DNA of 63,595 bases, counting the filler, from Octopus bimaculoides (lineage: Eukaryota): NCBI RefSeq assembly GCF_001194135.2. It is 6 parts of 4 records of this genome, joined end to end, with 100 filler letters (N's around TTAATTAATTAA, not from the genome) between each part and the next. Parts side by side here need not be neighbours in the genome. Positions count along the whole stretch, not along the records: positions 49,880 to 55,415 come from NC_069003.1; positions 55,516 to 61,395 come from NC_069003.1; positions 61,496 to 63,595 come from NC_068986.1; 3 more parts are not named here. One strand, written 5' to 3'. The notes beneath the pieces were generated by a model. It had not been told where the DNA came from, made no database searches, and saw only the letters and a program-made list of their open reading frames with translations. Position 1 is the first letter of the stretch; each line of letters opens with the position of its first letter. Position numbers and translations under genes: made by a program. Shown in pieces: positions 51,584 through 63,595 of this stretch.

Positions 51584-52609
51584 ATATATATATATATATA
51601 TATAAATAATTTATCAACCTCGAAAGGATGAAAGGTAAAGTCGACCTCGGCGGAATTTGAACTCAGAACGTAACGACAGACGAAATACCGTTAAGCGTGC
51701 TAACGTTTCTGCCAGCTCGCCGCCGTTCGATATGGATGTAATATTGCTAAGCATTTCGCCCGGTCTGCTAACGATTCTGCTAGCTTGCCGCCTTAAACAC
51801 TCATATGTATATTACGCATTATCACTGTGCAGAGGAGCTGTCGATCTCGTTGAATACGGCATTGACATAGAATGCATAAATTATACACCTCTGGTATTTG
51901 GTTGAGTCTTCACTGGTATTTGACATAACTAGCATGATCCCTGGAAGTTCCATGGTTATCTCGAAGACTGTAAGATTGCTAGAAGTTTATAGAGAACCAT
52001 AGAATATATAATTTCTCCTGAAATTATATATTTCAAGATTTTCTCTCTATCATAAGCAGTGCTGAATGTGCAATCACAGGAGACACCTTCCCTGAAAGCT
52101 ATATTCCTTGTTATATAATTGTCGCCTCAGTTATATAGAGTGTTATGTATTATTTTTCAGTTTACATCAAGAAGTAAGCAATCTTAACTGTGAGACAAAT
52201 TCGAAGATATAGTCAGTCTATTTATTATATTATTCTGTTACTGTAAAGCAGAATTGATTTGTCAGAATCGTGAGCCGTTGAGCAAAATGCTTAGCGACAT
52301 TCCGTTCATCTTGACGTTCTGAGTTCAAATTCTGCCGAGGTTGAATATACCTCTCATTCTTTTGGGGTCCATAAATTAAGTACCAGTGAAACACTGGGAT
52401 CGATGTAATCGACTTGTCCCCTCCCACGAAATTTCAGACCTTTTTGCCTTTAGCAGAAAGGTTTATGTTTTCCTGTTACTGTAAGGCGGTGAGATGGTAG
52501 AATTGTTAGCACGCAAAATGCTTAACGGCATTTCGTCCGTCTGTACGTTCTGAGTACAAATTCTTGCTTAATGAGTGAATATGGTAAGCGGAAACTATCT
52601 GGAACACCG

Positions 52610-52657
<48 letters not shown>

Positions 52658-52914
52658 TTTTGTTTGTGCTTGTGTTTTTCCCCAGTACCGCTTGACAACT
52701 GATGTTGGTTTATTTACGTCCTGTAACTTTGAGGTTCGTTAGAAGTACCATGCTTAAAGAATAAGTACTAAGATCCATTCGTTCTAGTAAAACCCTTCAA
52801 GGCGGTGATTAAGCAATGGCAGTAGTCCAATGCCTGAAACAAAAGGCTAAAGAAAAAGTATATATATGCATGTATGTATACTACATGTAACTCACTCTCC
52901 TCCTCACTATTATC

Positions 52915-52925
52915 AGCATCAGCAG

Positions 52926-52976
<51 letters not shown>

Positions 52977-53045
52977 TATCATTATTACTATTATTATTAT
53001 TATTATTATTATTATTGTTGTTGTTGTTGTTATTATCATTATTAT

Positions 53046-53085
<40 letters not shown>

Positions 53086-53090
53086 CATAG
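52915..53090 (+). repeat. Compound microsatellite (CAT)n(TAT)n(TGT)n(TAGA)n
   Basis: Directly visible. It is the source of the poly-H/poly-D/poly-M pseudo-ORFs. Confidence 0.95.
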
Positions 53091-53217
53091 ATATGTATGT
53101 ATATATATATACATGTATGTATTTATGTATATACATATATGTATGTATGCATATGTATATGTATGTACTCATATATGTACACATATAAATGTGTGTGTAT
53201 ATACATATATATATATA

Positions 53218-53250
<33 letters not shown>

Positions 53251-53758
53251 ATGTATGTATGTATGCATATATATATAAGCAGAGAGAGATACAGAGAAGT
53301 GCATGTTTGTACACTGAGAGCAACACTTGTGTGTGCTTGCGTGCGCTTGTTTTGGATGTTATAATTTCATTATCGCTCGCTTCGATGCTTATTTCCTTTG
53401 TAACATTTAGCCTTCCTTCAAGCACTTTATTAACATTTGCATTTATGTAAAGCAACAAACAATGGCACGTTATGATGCGTTTCGTGCAATTTGAGCTTCT
53501 CTTTGATAAGTGACTTAATAAAACTTATATGCAGTGAATCCTTGTTTCTATCATCGCATCACTTATTTTTGTGTCAGAATGGCAGTTTTACCGTTCTATT
53601 GAAATAGTCATTATCGGAGCCACGAATGAGAATCATAGAATTGAACATAGTTCTGGAACAGGTACAATTTCCGGGGGCACAAATTTAAAATAGAAAACGA
53701 TCATCTTATTTCTTAGTGTTCTCTATTTCTTGGTGTTTCCCTATATTCGGACACTCAC

Positions 53759-53844
53759 CTATTCGGGGCTTGGGGTGTCTTTTGTTTTGGGGGGGTTTTT
53801 TCGTTTTGTTTATTGTTGTTGCTTTCTTTTGCTTGATCCGTCAT
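53759..53844 (-). CDS. Candidate first coding exon of the ankyrin/death-domain gene (unverified)
   Basis: ATG at 53844 gives MTDQAKESNNNKQNEKTPPKQKTPQAPN(S). It ends at a consensus donor AG|GTGAGT in phase 2, compatible with exon 48539-48647. An upstream acceptor (ttttttctccgag, 53870-53869) could instead make it an internal exon. Confidence 0.35.
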
Positions 53845-54978
53845 TTCTTTGCTGGTCGGGCGAGACTTCTCGGAGAAAAAAGGTGGAGAAAAACCACAAC
53901 TCAAGGGTTGGTACATTAGGGAAAAGTGCATCTGTCTATTGAATTATCGTCTGAGCGGTGATTTGGCACGTCCGTATGCTTGCAAGTCAAGCGAATTCAA
54001 GTTAAAGTCTCACAAAAGCCAGCTAGTGATGTTAAACTCAGTGGTGGTTTAAGTTTCCAATTCAATATTATATTAAGCAATAAGGTAGCGAACTGGCAGA
54101 ATTGTTACCGCGCTGGGAAGAATGCATAGAGACATTTCGCCCGTCATCACATTCTGAGTTCAAATTCCGCTGAGATCGACTTCGGGATCGATAAAAATAA
54201 GTAGCGGTTGAACACTGGGATTAATGTAATCGACTTAATCCCTCTCAAAAAATTGTTGACCTTATGCCAAAATTTGAAACTAATATTGTATTAAGTTGTA
54301 GGGCGGCAAGCTGGGAGAATCGTTAGCACGCTGGATAATGAAGTCTTAGTGTGTATATGTATAAATAAAGGATAGAGGTTAAAAATGGAACAGATAATGA
54401 TTACAGATCTACTGAATTTTGTGCTCACCTGTGATTGACCGATATGGTCACTACCACTAGTAACAGCAACAACATGAACTAAGAAAGACCTCTATGTGAT
54501 CATTTCAGCGTGCTAGAAATAACAGCTAAATGTCCTGCAAAACATACCCTACAGCCTGAAAAGAAGAATGGACACATTGGGTAACTTAGTCGTGTGACCA
54601 CCAAAGGAGGTGGTCACAGCTGGAACGCCTTTAATGATAGGTCAGCTCATTCAGAGTCGCCACGAGGCTAAGCAACAAATCGATTGAGATATTTCGTAAA
54701 GAACAACCAGCTTTCAATTCACTCGGCCAATCTAATGTCACGTGATCAATATTAAAATTGTTATACATTAATATAAATACAATACAAATGGAGAAAATCC
54801 ACCTAAGAAGTAGGTATTCCAATGAATAAAATGGTTTATAGAAGAAATCTTAAAAGTTCTCCTCTTTTTTTTTCTTTCTTCTTGTCGTTATTGTTTCCAT
54901 CAAAATTTTTCTAGTCATTCATTACGGAAGCACTTAATGTTATCGTTCGTATAATAGTCTTCTTCGTTTTACATCCAC

Positions 54979-55049
<71 letters not shown>

Positions 55050-55374
55050 CGTGTGTGTGTGTCTGTGTGTCTGTGACTGTGTGTCTGTGTGTCTGTGTCT
55101 GTGTCTGTGTCTGCGTGTGTCTGTGTGTGTGCGCGTCTGTGTGTTTAGTAGGTGGGTATGTATGCATACAAGCATATATTCATATACATTTACATATATA
55201 TGTGCGTGTGTATGCGTGTATATATGTATGTATACGTGTATCTATCTTGTACATAGATTTGTCCACACAGACACTCACACATACACAGATAATGCATACA
55301 TACATATATATATATATGTATATATACGTATAATTATATATGCACATTTTGAATATATAAACATACAAGGACAC

Positions 55375-55415
<41 letters not shown>

Positions 55416-55515
55416 NNNNNNNNNNNNNNNNNNNNNNNNNNNNNNNNNNNNNNNNNNNNTTAATTAATTAANNNNNNNNNNNNNNNNNNNNNNNNNNNNN
55501 NNNNNNNNNNNNNNN

Positions 55516-56070
55516 AAATAAATGCAACATTAATCTTATCGAAGTTTTGGTTTAATCTAAAATGTTAAACTATTAACTTAGTGTTAAATGGGATGTCAGC
55601 TAACAATAAATAACAAGTGAATTTATATGAAAATACTTATTTAACCAATAGATAAGAGAAAAACATTTAATGATATTAATGAAAATAAATTTAATACTTA
55701 TCGAAGTTTTAGGTTAAACTAAAATTATAAACGTTATATTATTAACTTTACGTTTATTAGAATATAAACTAACAAAAATAATAAATGAATTTATATAAAA
55801 ATATTTATTTAACCAATAAATAAAAGAAAAAGATTTAATAAAATTATTGAAAACAAAGGCAAAACTTATTTTATCGTAGTTTCAGTTTAAAATAAAAATT
55901 TAAATGTTATACTATTAACTAATAGTTTATTAGAATATTAACTAACAATAAATGAATTTATATAAAATACTTATTTTACCAATAAATCAAAGAGAAACAT
56001 TAAACTATACTATTGAAAATAAATATTCTTATCGAAGTTTTGGTTTAAACTAAAATGCTAAACGTTACAC
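55516..56070 (+). repeat. AT-rich diverged tandem repeat, unit about 160-170 bp, about 3.3 copies
   Basis: The anchor ttatcg(a/t)agttt occurs at 55536, 55698, 55871 and 56029, with shared blocks (gaatttatat..aaata.ttattt.accaata). Confidence 0.8.
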
Positions 56071-56072
56071 TA

Positions 56073-56400
56073 TATATACGCCAGCATTGTCCAAACGACC
56101 AAAACATTAGCTTCAAAATTCATCCAAGGCTAGGACCACAGGCCATACATCCTCTACCCAATTCAGGATCACAACAAATAAATACACTGCAACACAATTT
56201 CTTTTCCTCAACTGGCCCTGTCCTATTTAAGATTGTCCCTAAACAGATCGAAAGGGAAAGGATCGCATCACCTTTAAACGGATTCTGAACAAATTTCTTC
56301 AAGGAATACCAGATAAGCCACCTACATCTGGCTACAACTAACACAACAATATCTCCCTACTCGAGTGGACCATGATACCACAAAACTTGACTTAAAATGG
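56073..56400 (+). mobile_element. 3' fragment of a CR1/L2/jockey-group LINE
   Basis: HPRLGPQA..TLQHNFFSSTGPVLFKIVPKQI, followed in another frame by FKR(I)LNKFLQGIPDKPPTSGY..LLEW. This resembles LINE ORF2 C-termini; the clade is not certain. Confidence 0.6.
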
Positions 56401-58314
56401 ATTTAGATAATCCTATCAGGTGAGTGCTATTAAGTTACACATGGCCGGGACTATATTTAAGTTTAATCTAAGTTTTAAGTTTTATATGTATGTATGAATA
56501 TATATATATGTATANNNNNNNNNNNNNNNNNNNNNNNNNNNNNNNNNNNNNNNNNNNNNNNNNNNNNNNNNNNNNNNNNNNNNNNNNNNNNNNNNNNNNN
56601 NNNNNNNNNNNNNNNNNNNNNNNNNNNNNNNNNNNNNNNNNNNNNNNNNNNNNNNNNNNNNNNNNNNNNNNNNNNNNNNNNNNNNNNNNNNNNNNNNNNN
56701 NNNNNNNNNNNNNNNNNNNNNNNNNNNNNNNNNNNNNNNNNNNNNNNNNNNNNNNNNNNNNNNNNNNNNNNNNNNNNNNNNNNNNNNNNNNNNNNNNNNN
56801 NNNNNNNNNNNNNNNNNNNNNNNNNNNNNNNNNNNNNNNNNNNNNNNNNNNNNNNNNNNNNNNNNNNNNNNNNNNNNNNNNNNNNNNNNNNNNNNNNNNN
56901 NNNNNNNNNNNNNNNNNNNNNNNNNNNNNNNNNNNNNTATATATATATATGCAAATGAAATAGGGAGAACGCAGTTATTTGTATCATGATCATATAAACA
57001 TAAGTTCCCATTACTATTAGTTTCGCATAAACTTACATAGGTCTCCAATCATCAGATACGCCCGGTGGGATTTCAAACGGATGCTTGAATTTGAAACTTA
57101 TATATGTATGTGTGTATATACGAATATCTATACATTTATATTCACGTACATATATATTTATACACGTACACAGTTAAACGCACAACCCCACCCAAACATA
57201 CACACACACATACACACGCTCATACACACACAAATACACACGCACATACACACGCACATACACACATATACATATACATATTTCGAGTGAGGTTACTGCA
57301 TCAATTGTTGTGGTTGTCGTCGGTTTGGTACTCGTGATATAAAGATGTCTAATGCTGGGTTGCTTGTGCTCACAGTATTTCTGAAGCTACTAATGATGTT
57401 GACGGTGATGATGATGATGTCTATCAAGAGGCTGATAAGAAGGAGGGAGTTGAAGAAAAGTTGGTTCATCTGAAGGGAACGAGACGATAAAAGATGAGAA
57501 TGACAATCAAAGTGTATTATTCTTTGGCTGTTTTTGTTTAATTGAAGTTAATCCTGATCACGTTCCGATTTTGGTCAAAGGGATCCAGCCATGACCATCT
57601 CGATTATTTCCTTAATTTATTTATGAATATACTATGTTGTTCTTCCTGAATTGTCTACGTATAGCTTAGGCTATCAAGTCGCTTTCCTCTTTGGTTTGTG
57701 ATTCTGATGTTGTTGATGATGATGATGATGATGACGACAACGACGGCTTTGGTAGTAGTGGTTATGGTGATGGTGGTGGAGGTGATGGCGATGGTGGTGA
57801 TGAGGCTGGTGATGACGACAAAAATGAAGATGGTGATGGCGTTGATAACTATATGGTTCGTGGATATGCCTGTGGTGATGGTAGCTGTGATGGGAGGGAG
57901 AATTATTCTTCAAGGAATATTTTCAAAAATTCAACAAGACAAACCGATGTCTTCATTCAACTTCCGGTGTTTGATAAGTGTCTTGAAGACATTTCCGGTT
58001 TTGTGTTAATGAAACGTTTCTGATAGGAAGAGCAACGCAATTTCCTTAACACACACTACACGCATACAACACACACACTTCTACATCAACAACAGCGTCC
58101 TCACCCTCATCATCATCAGCAGCAGCATCACCATCATCATTCACACCTGCAACATAATCACCATCGACAACACCATCCTTTCCTTCCACCCCTTCCTCCT
58201 CCTCTTCCTCCTCTTCCACCTTTTCCTACACATCATCAGAATTACCATCATTGTCATTTTTATAAACATCGACAACTTCTTCATTATTCATAGCAATATA
58301 ATTATCAGTAAACA

Positions 58315-58322
58315 ACAACGTC

Positions 58323-58392
<70 letters not shown>
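58315..58392 (+). repeat. (CAA)n(TAA)n microsatellite; a second (AAT)n run lies at 58632-58708
   Basis: Directly visible. Confidence 0.95.
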
Positions 58393-58414
<22 letters not shown>

Positions 58415-58631
58415 TACTCCCTTCTATTGTAGGACAAGTCCTGAAATTTTGGAGGAGGACACTACTAGATTACATCGACCCCAGTGTTTCACTGGTACTT
58501 AATTTATCGATTTTGAAAAGATGAAAAGTAAAGTCGACCTCGGCGGAATCTGAACTCAGAATGTGATGACGGACGAAGTGCCGCTAAGCATTTTGTTCGA
58601 CGTGCTAACGATTCTGTCAGCTAGCTGCCTC

Positions 58632-58684
<53 letters not shown>

Positions 58685-59049
58685 TAACAATAATAATAAT
58701 GATAATGATATCATTTATTGGCCACCAGGGCCGACATATATGGGACAATACAGAAGACGGGGACACAAAACAACAAGTAAATAATAAAGAAAACAATAAC
58801 AATACACATTAAACGACAAAAATATAACAATGAAAATTCCTCAATAGGGTTGGCTCCAAGGGTTGACTCCAAGGGTTGACTCCAAGGGTTGGCTCAGGTA
58901 CCCAATCAATCCCGAACCACTCGATGCTTCGAGGGTACTCAAGAAAGGTGCCCCTCTCCTGCTCAAATTCACCAGCCTACAGACGCATTATTAGAGTAGG
59001 TCCACTTACACGGGCCATTTTCATTACATTCATCCGCCTTTTAGCAAAT

Positions 59050-61290
59050 CAAGGCAAGGAATTCTAGAGTGAATTATGGGCAAACAATGTGGTGCATAAA
59101 AGGGATGCAATGCGGATAGGAACTACCAAGACAGAATTACAAGGAGAAAGGAAACAAAGGAATATTATTATCATAAGCACGGGTAATGTGAAAGAACAAG
59201 TGCCTAACTGGAAATCCCCTCGGGCCAGATGCGATTCATGGCTTCTAGCTGAAGAGATGCTAGGGGGTACATGAAAGACTAGCAACCCAATTGAATGAGT
59301 GTGTCCAAAAAGGTACATTCCCTGCGTGGATGGTGTCTGGGATAACAACACTTGTAATGAAAGTGGGAATATTGTGGGAAACTATCGTTCCATAGACTGC
59401 CAAAACATAATCTGGAAGATACTCACTGGAATATGTACGACAAAGACACAGACTTCCCTCGCACAGGAAGAAATACTACCAAGGGAACAAAAAGGATGTA
59501 AAGGAGTTCTCAGGGTACTAAGGATCACCTGGTCATCGATAAAACAATTTTGAGGCATTGTAAAAAACGTCATGCAAATATGTCTTTGCTTGGCTTGTCT
59601 TTAAGAAGGCATGTGATATGGTGCCTCTTTCTTGGATCGTTGAAGGCCTGTAGATGTTTAGTGTTGCTAACAACATCACAAATTTTCCAATGCATAGCAT
59701 GAAAGAGTGGAAAACCAAATTGCACTCAAGTAATGTATTCCTTGGAAAAGAGGAATCTTCCAAGGTGACACGCTTTCTCCGTTACTTATTGTAATTGCAC
59801 CAATACCCATATCAATGACACTTAAGAAAGGTAAGTTACCGATGTGGGAAGGAAGGCCCATCATTGAACCATCTTCTGTTTATGGATGACCTGAAATTGT
59901 TTGGGCAATCTGAAAAGCAGATAGATTCCTTAACCAAAAGAGTCGAGAAGTGTAGTATGGTCATCTGTATGGAATTTGGGATCACCAAATGCTCAGTACT
60001 TAATATGAACAGAAGGAAGAAAGCAGCCCCTCAAAAGATTGTGGTTACCACCAGGGGAGACCAATGGTGAACCCGACGGTAGTGCGTTTGGATACTGAGA
60101 GATTTGGGAACTGGATGACATTCTACACAGAGAAATGAAAGTCAAAGACAGGAAAGCGTATAAAAAAAGGGTGAAGGTGGTGTTGAAATCCAACCAGAAT
60201 GCCAAGATTTTGATCACCGCAATGAATATCTGGGCAGTTGGGGTGGTCAGATATAATGCGTTTATCCCCAAATGGACTAAGAAGGAAATATCAACACTGG
60301 ATAGAAGGACGAAAAAGTTGACGCTGCATGGGCGCTACACTCTAAATAAACGTAAACAGACTATATTAAAGGAAAGGATGGTAGCAGAGGATTAATTAGT
60401 ATAGACCATTGTATAAGGAGTGAAAGGAGAACGCTTGCCGAGTATTTGATAAATAGTGATCAACACCTGCTGCAATATGCTGTAAATGATATGGTTGTAA
60501 ATGCAGATGAAATGATGGGCAAGGAAGAGTTTAACCAAAAATCTGAGAAGAGAAAAGAAGACCTTCTTGAAATGAGAATGCATGGACAGTTTGAAAGAAA
60601 TAAGCAAGACGTTAAAGATAATACAGCATCGTGGGAATGGCTTGAGCGAGGTGATTTGAAGCATACCACCGAAAGCCTGATCATTGCTGCAAAAGACCAG
60701 GCTCTCTCTACCAATTCAGTGAAAACCTCTGAAACCCAGAAATGCAGACTCTGTGGAAAGACTGGAAAATGTGACCCACTTGGTAAGTGAATGTGAAAGC
60801 CTTGCACAAAAAAGAATACAAACGCCGCCACGATAAAGTGTGTATCTTCATTGGCTCTTATGCCGTAAATGCTAATATGAACTAACAGAGAACCGGTATG
60901 AGTATGTACCTAGTAAAGTTATGCAGGAGGACGGGAAAGTAACGATATTCTAGGACTATGATTTTCAGACGGATTGTGTAATCGAACACCGTCGGCCGGA
61001 TATTGTCATATTGAATAAAGAGACAAATACTGTCAGATCATTGATGTAGCCATACCAAATGACATGAATGTTGTGAGTAAAGAGGTTTAAACACTCTCTA
61101 AGTACTTCGAATTGAAAGTGAAAATGGCAAGACTGTATGGGCAATGTAAAATGATACCAGTGGTGATCGGAGCGTTGAGCTCAATCCCATTGAAACTTCA
61201 AGACTTCTGGAAATCCCATGCAAGATTGATGTTTTGCAAAAAGCAGCCTTATTGGGCACAGTATTATTTGTCTGAGGTCCTTGTGACTTG
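59050..61290 (+). mobile_element. Decayed R4/Dong-like non-LTR retrotransposon (RT, CCHC, restriction-like endonuclease)
   Basis: Scattered in-order motifs across frameshifts: LPREQKGC, RGIFQGDTLSPLL, NHLLFMDDLKLF, MHGQF, TESLIIAAKDQAL, KCRLCGK..HLVSEC, EHRRPDIVIL, IDVAIPND. Confidence 0.88.
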
Positions 61291-61343
61291 ACAGATGACT
61301 AAAACTCCGGTGTATTTTTACCAATACTGTGTTTCGAAAGAAT

Positions 61344-61395
<52 letters not shown>

Positions 61396-61664
61396 NNNNN
61401 NNNNNNNNNNNNNNNNNNNNNNNNNNNNNNNNNNNNNNNTTAATTAATTAANNNNNNNNNNNNNNNNNNNNNNNNNNNNNNNNNNNNNNNNNNNNTATAT
61501 AGTGAAGTATATTTGCCACTTAAATGTGGCTGACCCCGAGGGGTGGATATTACTGTTGCTTTTAGCCCCAGGAGGACATCTCCTCCAGCTGGCTATCGAC
61601 ACACATCTGTGTCCTGTCTGTATTTTCCAAGGGAAGTTATCTTTCCCATCTTGATCTACGATAC

Positions 61665-61707
61665 GTACGCACTCGAGTTTCAGGGTTATTTCCCTTCTTC
61701 AGCGTAC
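61665..61707 (-). ncRNA. Inverted copy of the hammerhead with a GUG triplet (probably inactive)
   Basis: Reverse complement is identical to 61922-61964 except GTG replaces GTA at the cleavage site. Confidence 0.7.
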
Positions 61708-61921
61708 GACAATCGCCGTCCTTCGATGCAAAAGACATCCCTTGGCAAATATATATAACTTTTTCCAGTGAAATTATTCACTGATATAGAAAAAGTGAAA
61801 ACAATCAAGGTTAAATCTCTGAACGAGGTATTAACAGTAACTGCAGGATAAAGTGAAGTATATTTGCCACTTAAATGTGGCTGACCCCGAGGGGTATATG
61901 TTACTGTTGCTTTTAGCCCCA

Positions 61922-61964
61922 GTACGCTGAAGAAGGGAAATAACCCTGAAACTCGAGTACGTAC
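61922..61964 (+). ncRNA. Minimal type-I hammerhead ribozyme with palindromic stem III (dimer type)
   Basis: gtacg-CTGAAGA-aggg-aaataa-ccct-GAAA-C-tcga-GTA-cgtac. Perfect stems I and II, CTCGAG palindrome, cleavage predicted after A61959. Confidence 0.85.
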
Positions 61965-62189
61965 GTATCGTAGATCAAGATGGGAAAGATAACTTCCCTT
62001 GGCAAATACAGACAGGACACAGATGTGTGTCGATAGCCAGCTGGAGGAGATGTCCTCCTGGGGCTAAAAGCAACAGTAACATCCACCCCTCGGGGTCAGC
62101 CACATTTAAGTGGCAAATATACTTCACTTTATCGTGCAGTTACTGTTAATACCTCGTTCAGAGATTTAACATTGCTTATATATATATAC

Positions 62190-62248
<59 letters not shown>

Positions 62249-63486
62249 CATTTGAGTGTGAACGATAATGCATTTTCATTTTAATCATTCCAATAGATTA
62301 ACACATTTATATGAATGGATCTTTCATAAGTTAAGTAAGAAGTCACCATTTGCGCTTACGCATTTCCTTTAAACATTGTCGATTTCAAACGCATTATAAA
62401 TACATTTCATGTGATTCCAACCCTTTATGTTTGTGTTATGTAATCTACTGTTGAAGATTTTGAGTTTATTTTAGAATTCCAATTTATTAATCACACTTTC
62501 CCTCGACATTTCCATAGTTTGGAAACAACTTTGTTTACTTAGTGTTTTGAATTATTTCCATCGAATTTAAATTTTAATCTTTATTTTACGATTTCTTCGT
62601 GGTAATAACATGAAGTAAATTGAGATGGCAACAAGATTGAAACAACTACACGACATCGGAAACGTTTAAGTCAAAGTTTTTCCATTAACCTTCATTTCGA
62701 AATATAAGCGTTCGATCAATATTATTACTACCACGAAGAAAGAGATTAAAGAATTTCGTATTAGAGTAAGGTTGCAGGATGTAGAATACAAAGTAGAAAA
62801 GCCAAAATGAATGTAACTAAAAGAAAAGAAAAGAAAAATAGCAATGACAAAATTTGATGAGTGAGGCAAAACATCTAAAGTTTAACATTTATAGAAGAGA
62901 ACTTGCTCAAACAATAAATATACAAATGAACATCGAAAAAAAAAATAATAAAACAAACAACATTCTCGTAGCTTCTTTCTAAGTTCTCACATCAGACACG
63001 GTTACGATAGAGATATTGCCTTAAGCTAACCTCGTAGACAAAAACCCCAAAATAAATAAATACAAGAAAAACAGTATCGAATGCATGAACATATAACGAT
63101 ATGTAAGTTGAATATATAAGCTATATAAGAATAAGATATTTTGTAAGAGTTTTGATCCGGTTAATACACTTCAGTGTGTAAGGGATAAAATTTCCATTGA
63201 AAAATTACGCGTAAGAAGTATTTTCGAGCAACGCATAGACTCCACGTGGTGTTAAACACATCTATATTATACTTTGAGAACAAAAGGACAAACAACACGC
63301 TCACCCATACACACGCACATATGTGAATGTATAGTAACAAGCTTAGTTTCCAATCACATGATTCCGGGTTCAGTCACACTGTGTGCACCTTGGGCAAGTC
63401 TCTCCTACTTTAGACCCGAACAACCAAAGCCTTGTGAGAGGATTTAGTAGATGAAAGCTGAAGGAAGACTGTCATATATACGTGTG

Positions 63487-63561
<75 letters not shown>

Positions 63562-63595
63562 GTGTATGCATGTATACACACACACACATATATAT

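Larger units (their letters stand above)
61501..62170. mobile_element. Penelope-like pLTR remnant in inverted (tail-to-tail) plus partial direct arrangement
   Basis: 61501-61707 is a near-perfect inverted repeat of 61922-62128. 61853-61921 directly repeats 61501-61570. Each arm carries a hammerhead motif. Confidence 0.7.

Noticed and set aside
57674-58260. His-rich, Asp/Gly-rich and poly-Met ORFs
   Set aside because: Decayed (GAT/GGT)n trinucleotide low-complexity sequence.

Overview
AT-rich, microsatellite- and SINE-dense eukaryotic genomic DNA with many N gaps. The repeat families and gap style suggest an octopus (coleoid cephalopod) draft assembly, which is an inference. Two spliced minus-strand genes can be rebuilt by hand. 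(1) A divergent calmodulin-like gene with exons at 11367-11510 and 1350-1592; its first and last exons were not located. (2) An NF-kB p105/p100-type C-terminal region in six in-phase exons (48539-48647, 43652-43874, 41897-42051, 38936-38978, 37108-37280, 35492-35602). It encodes only about 4 ankyrin repeats plus a death domain, and I found no Rel-homology domain in the window. Mobile DNA includes a Penelope-like element (RT + GIY-YIG), an RTE RT fragment, an internally deleted Ty3/gypsy element, a decayed R4/Dong-like RLE retrotransposon and many SINEs. At least five minimal type-I hammerhead ribozyme motifs occur, most inside long inverted repeats. Nearly all long entries in the ORF track are artefacts of N gaps or microsatellites.
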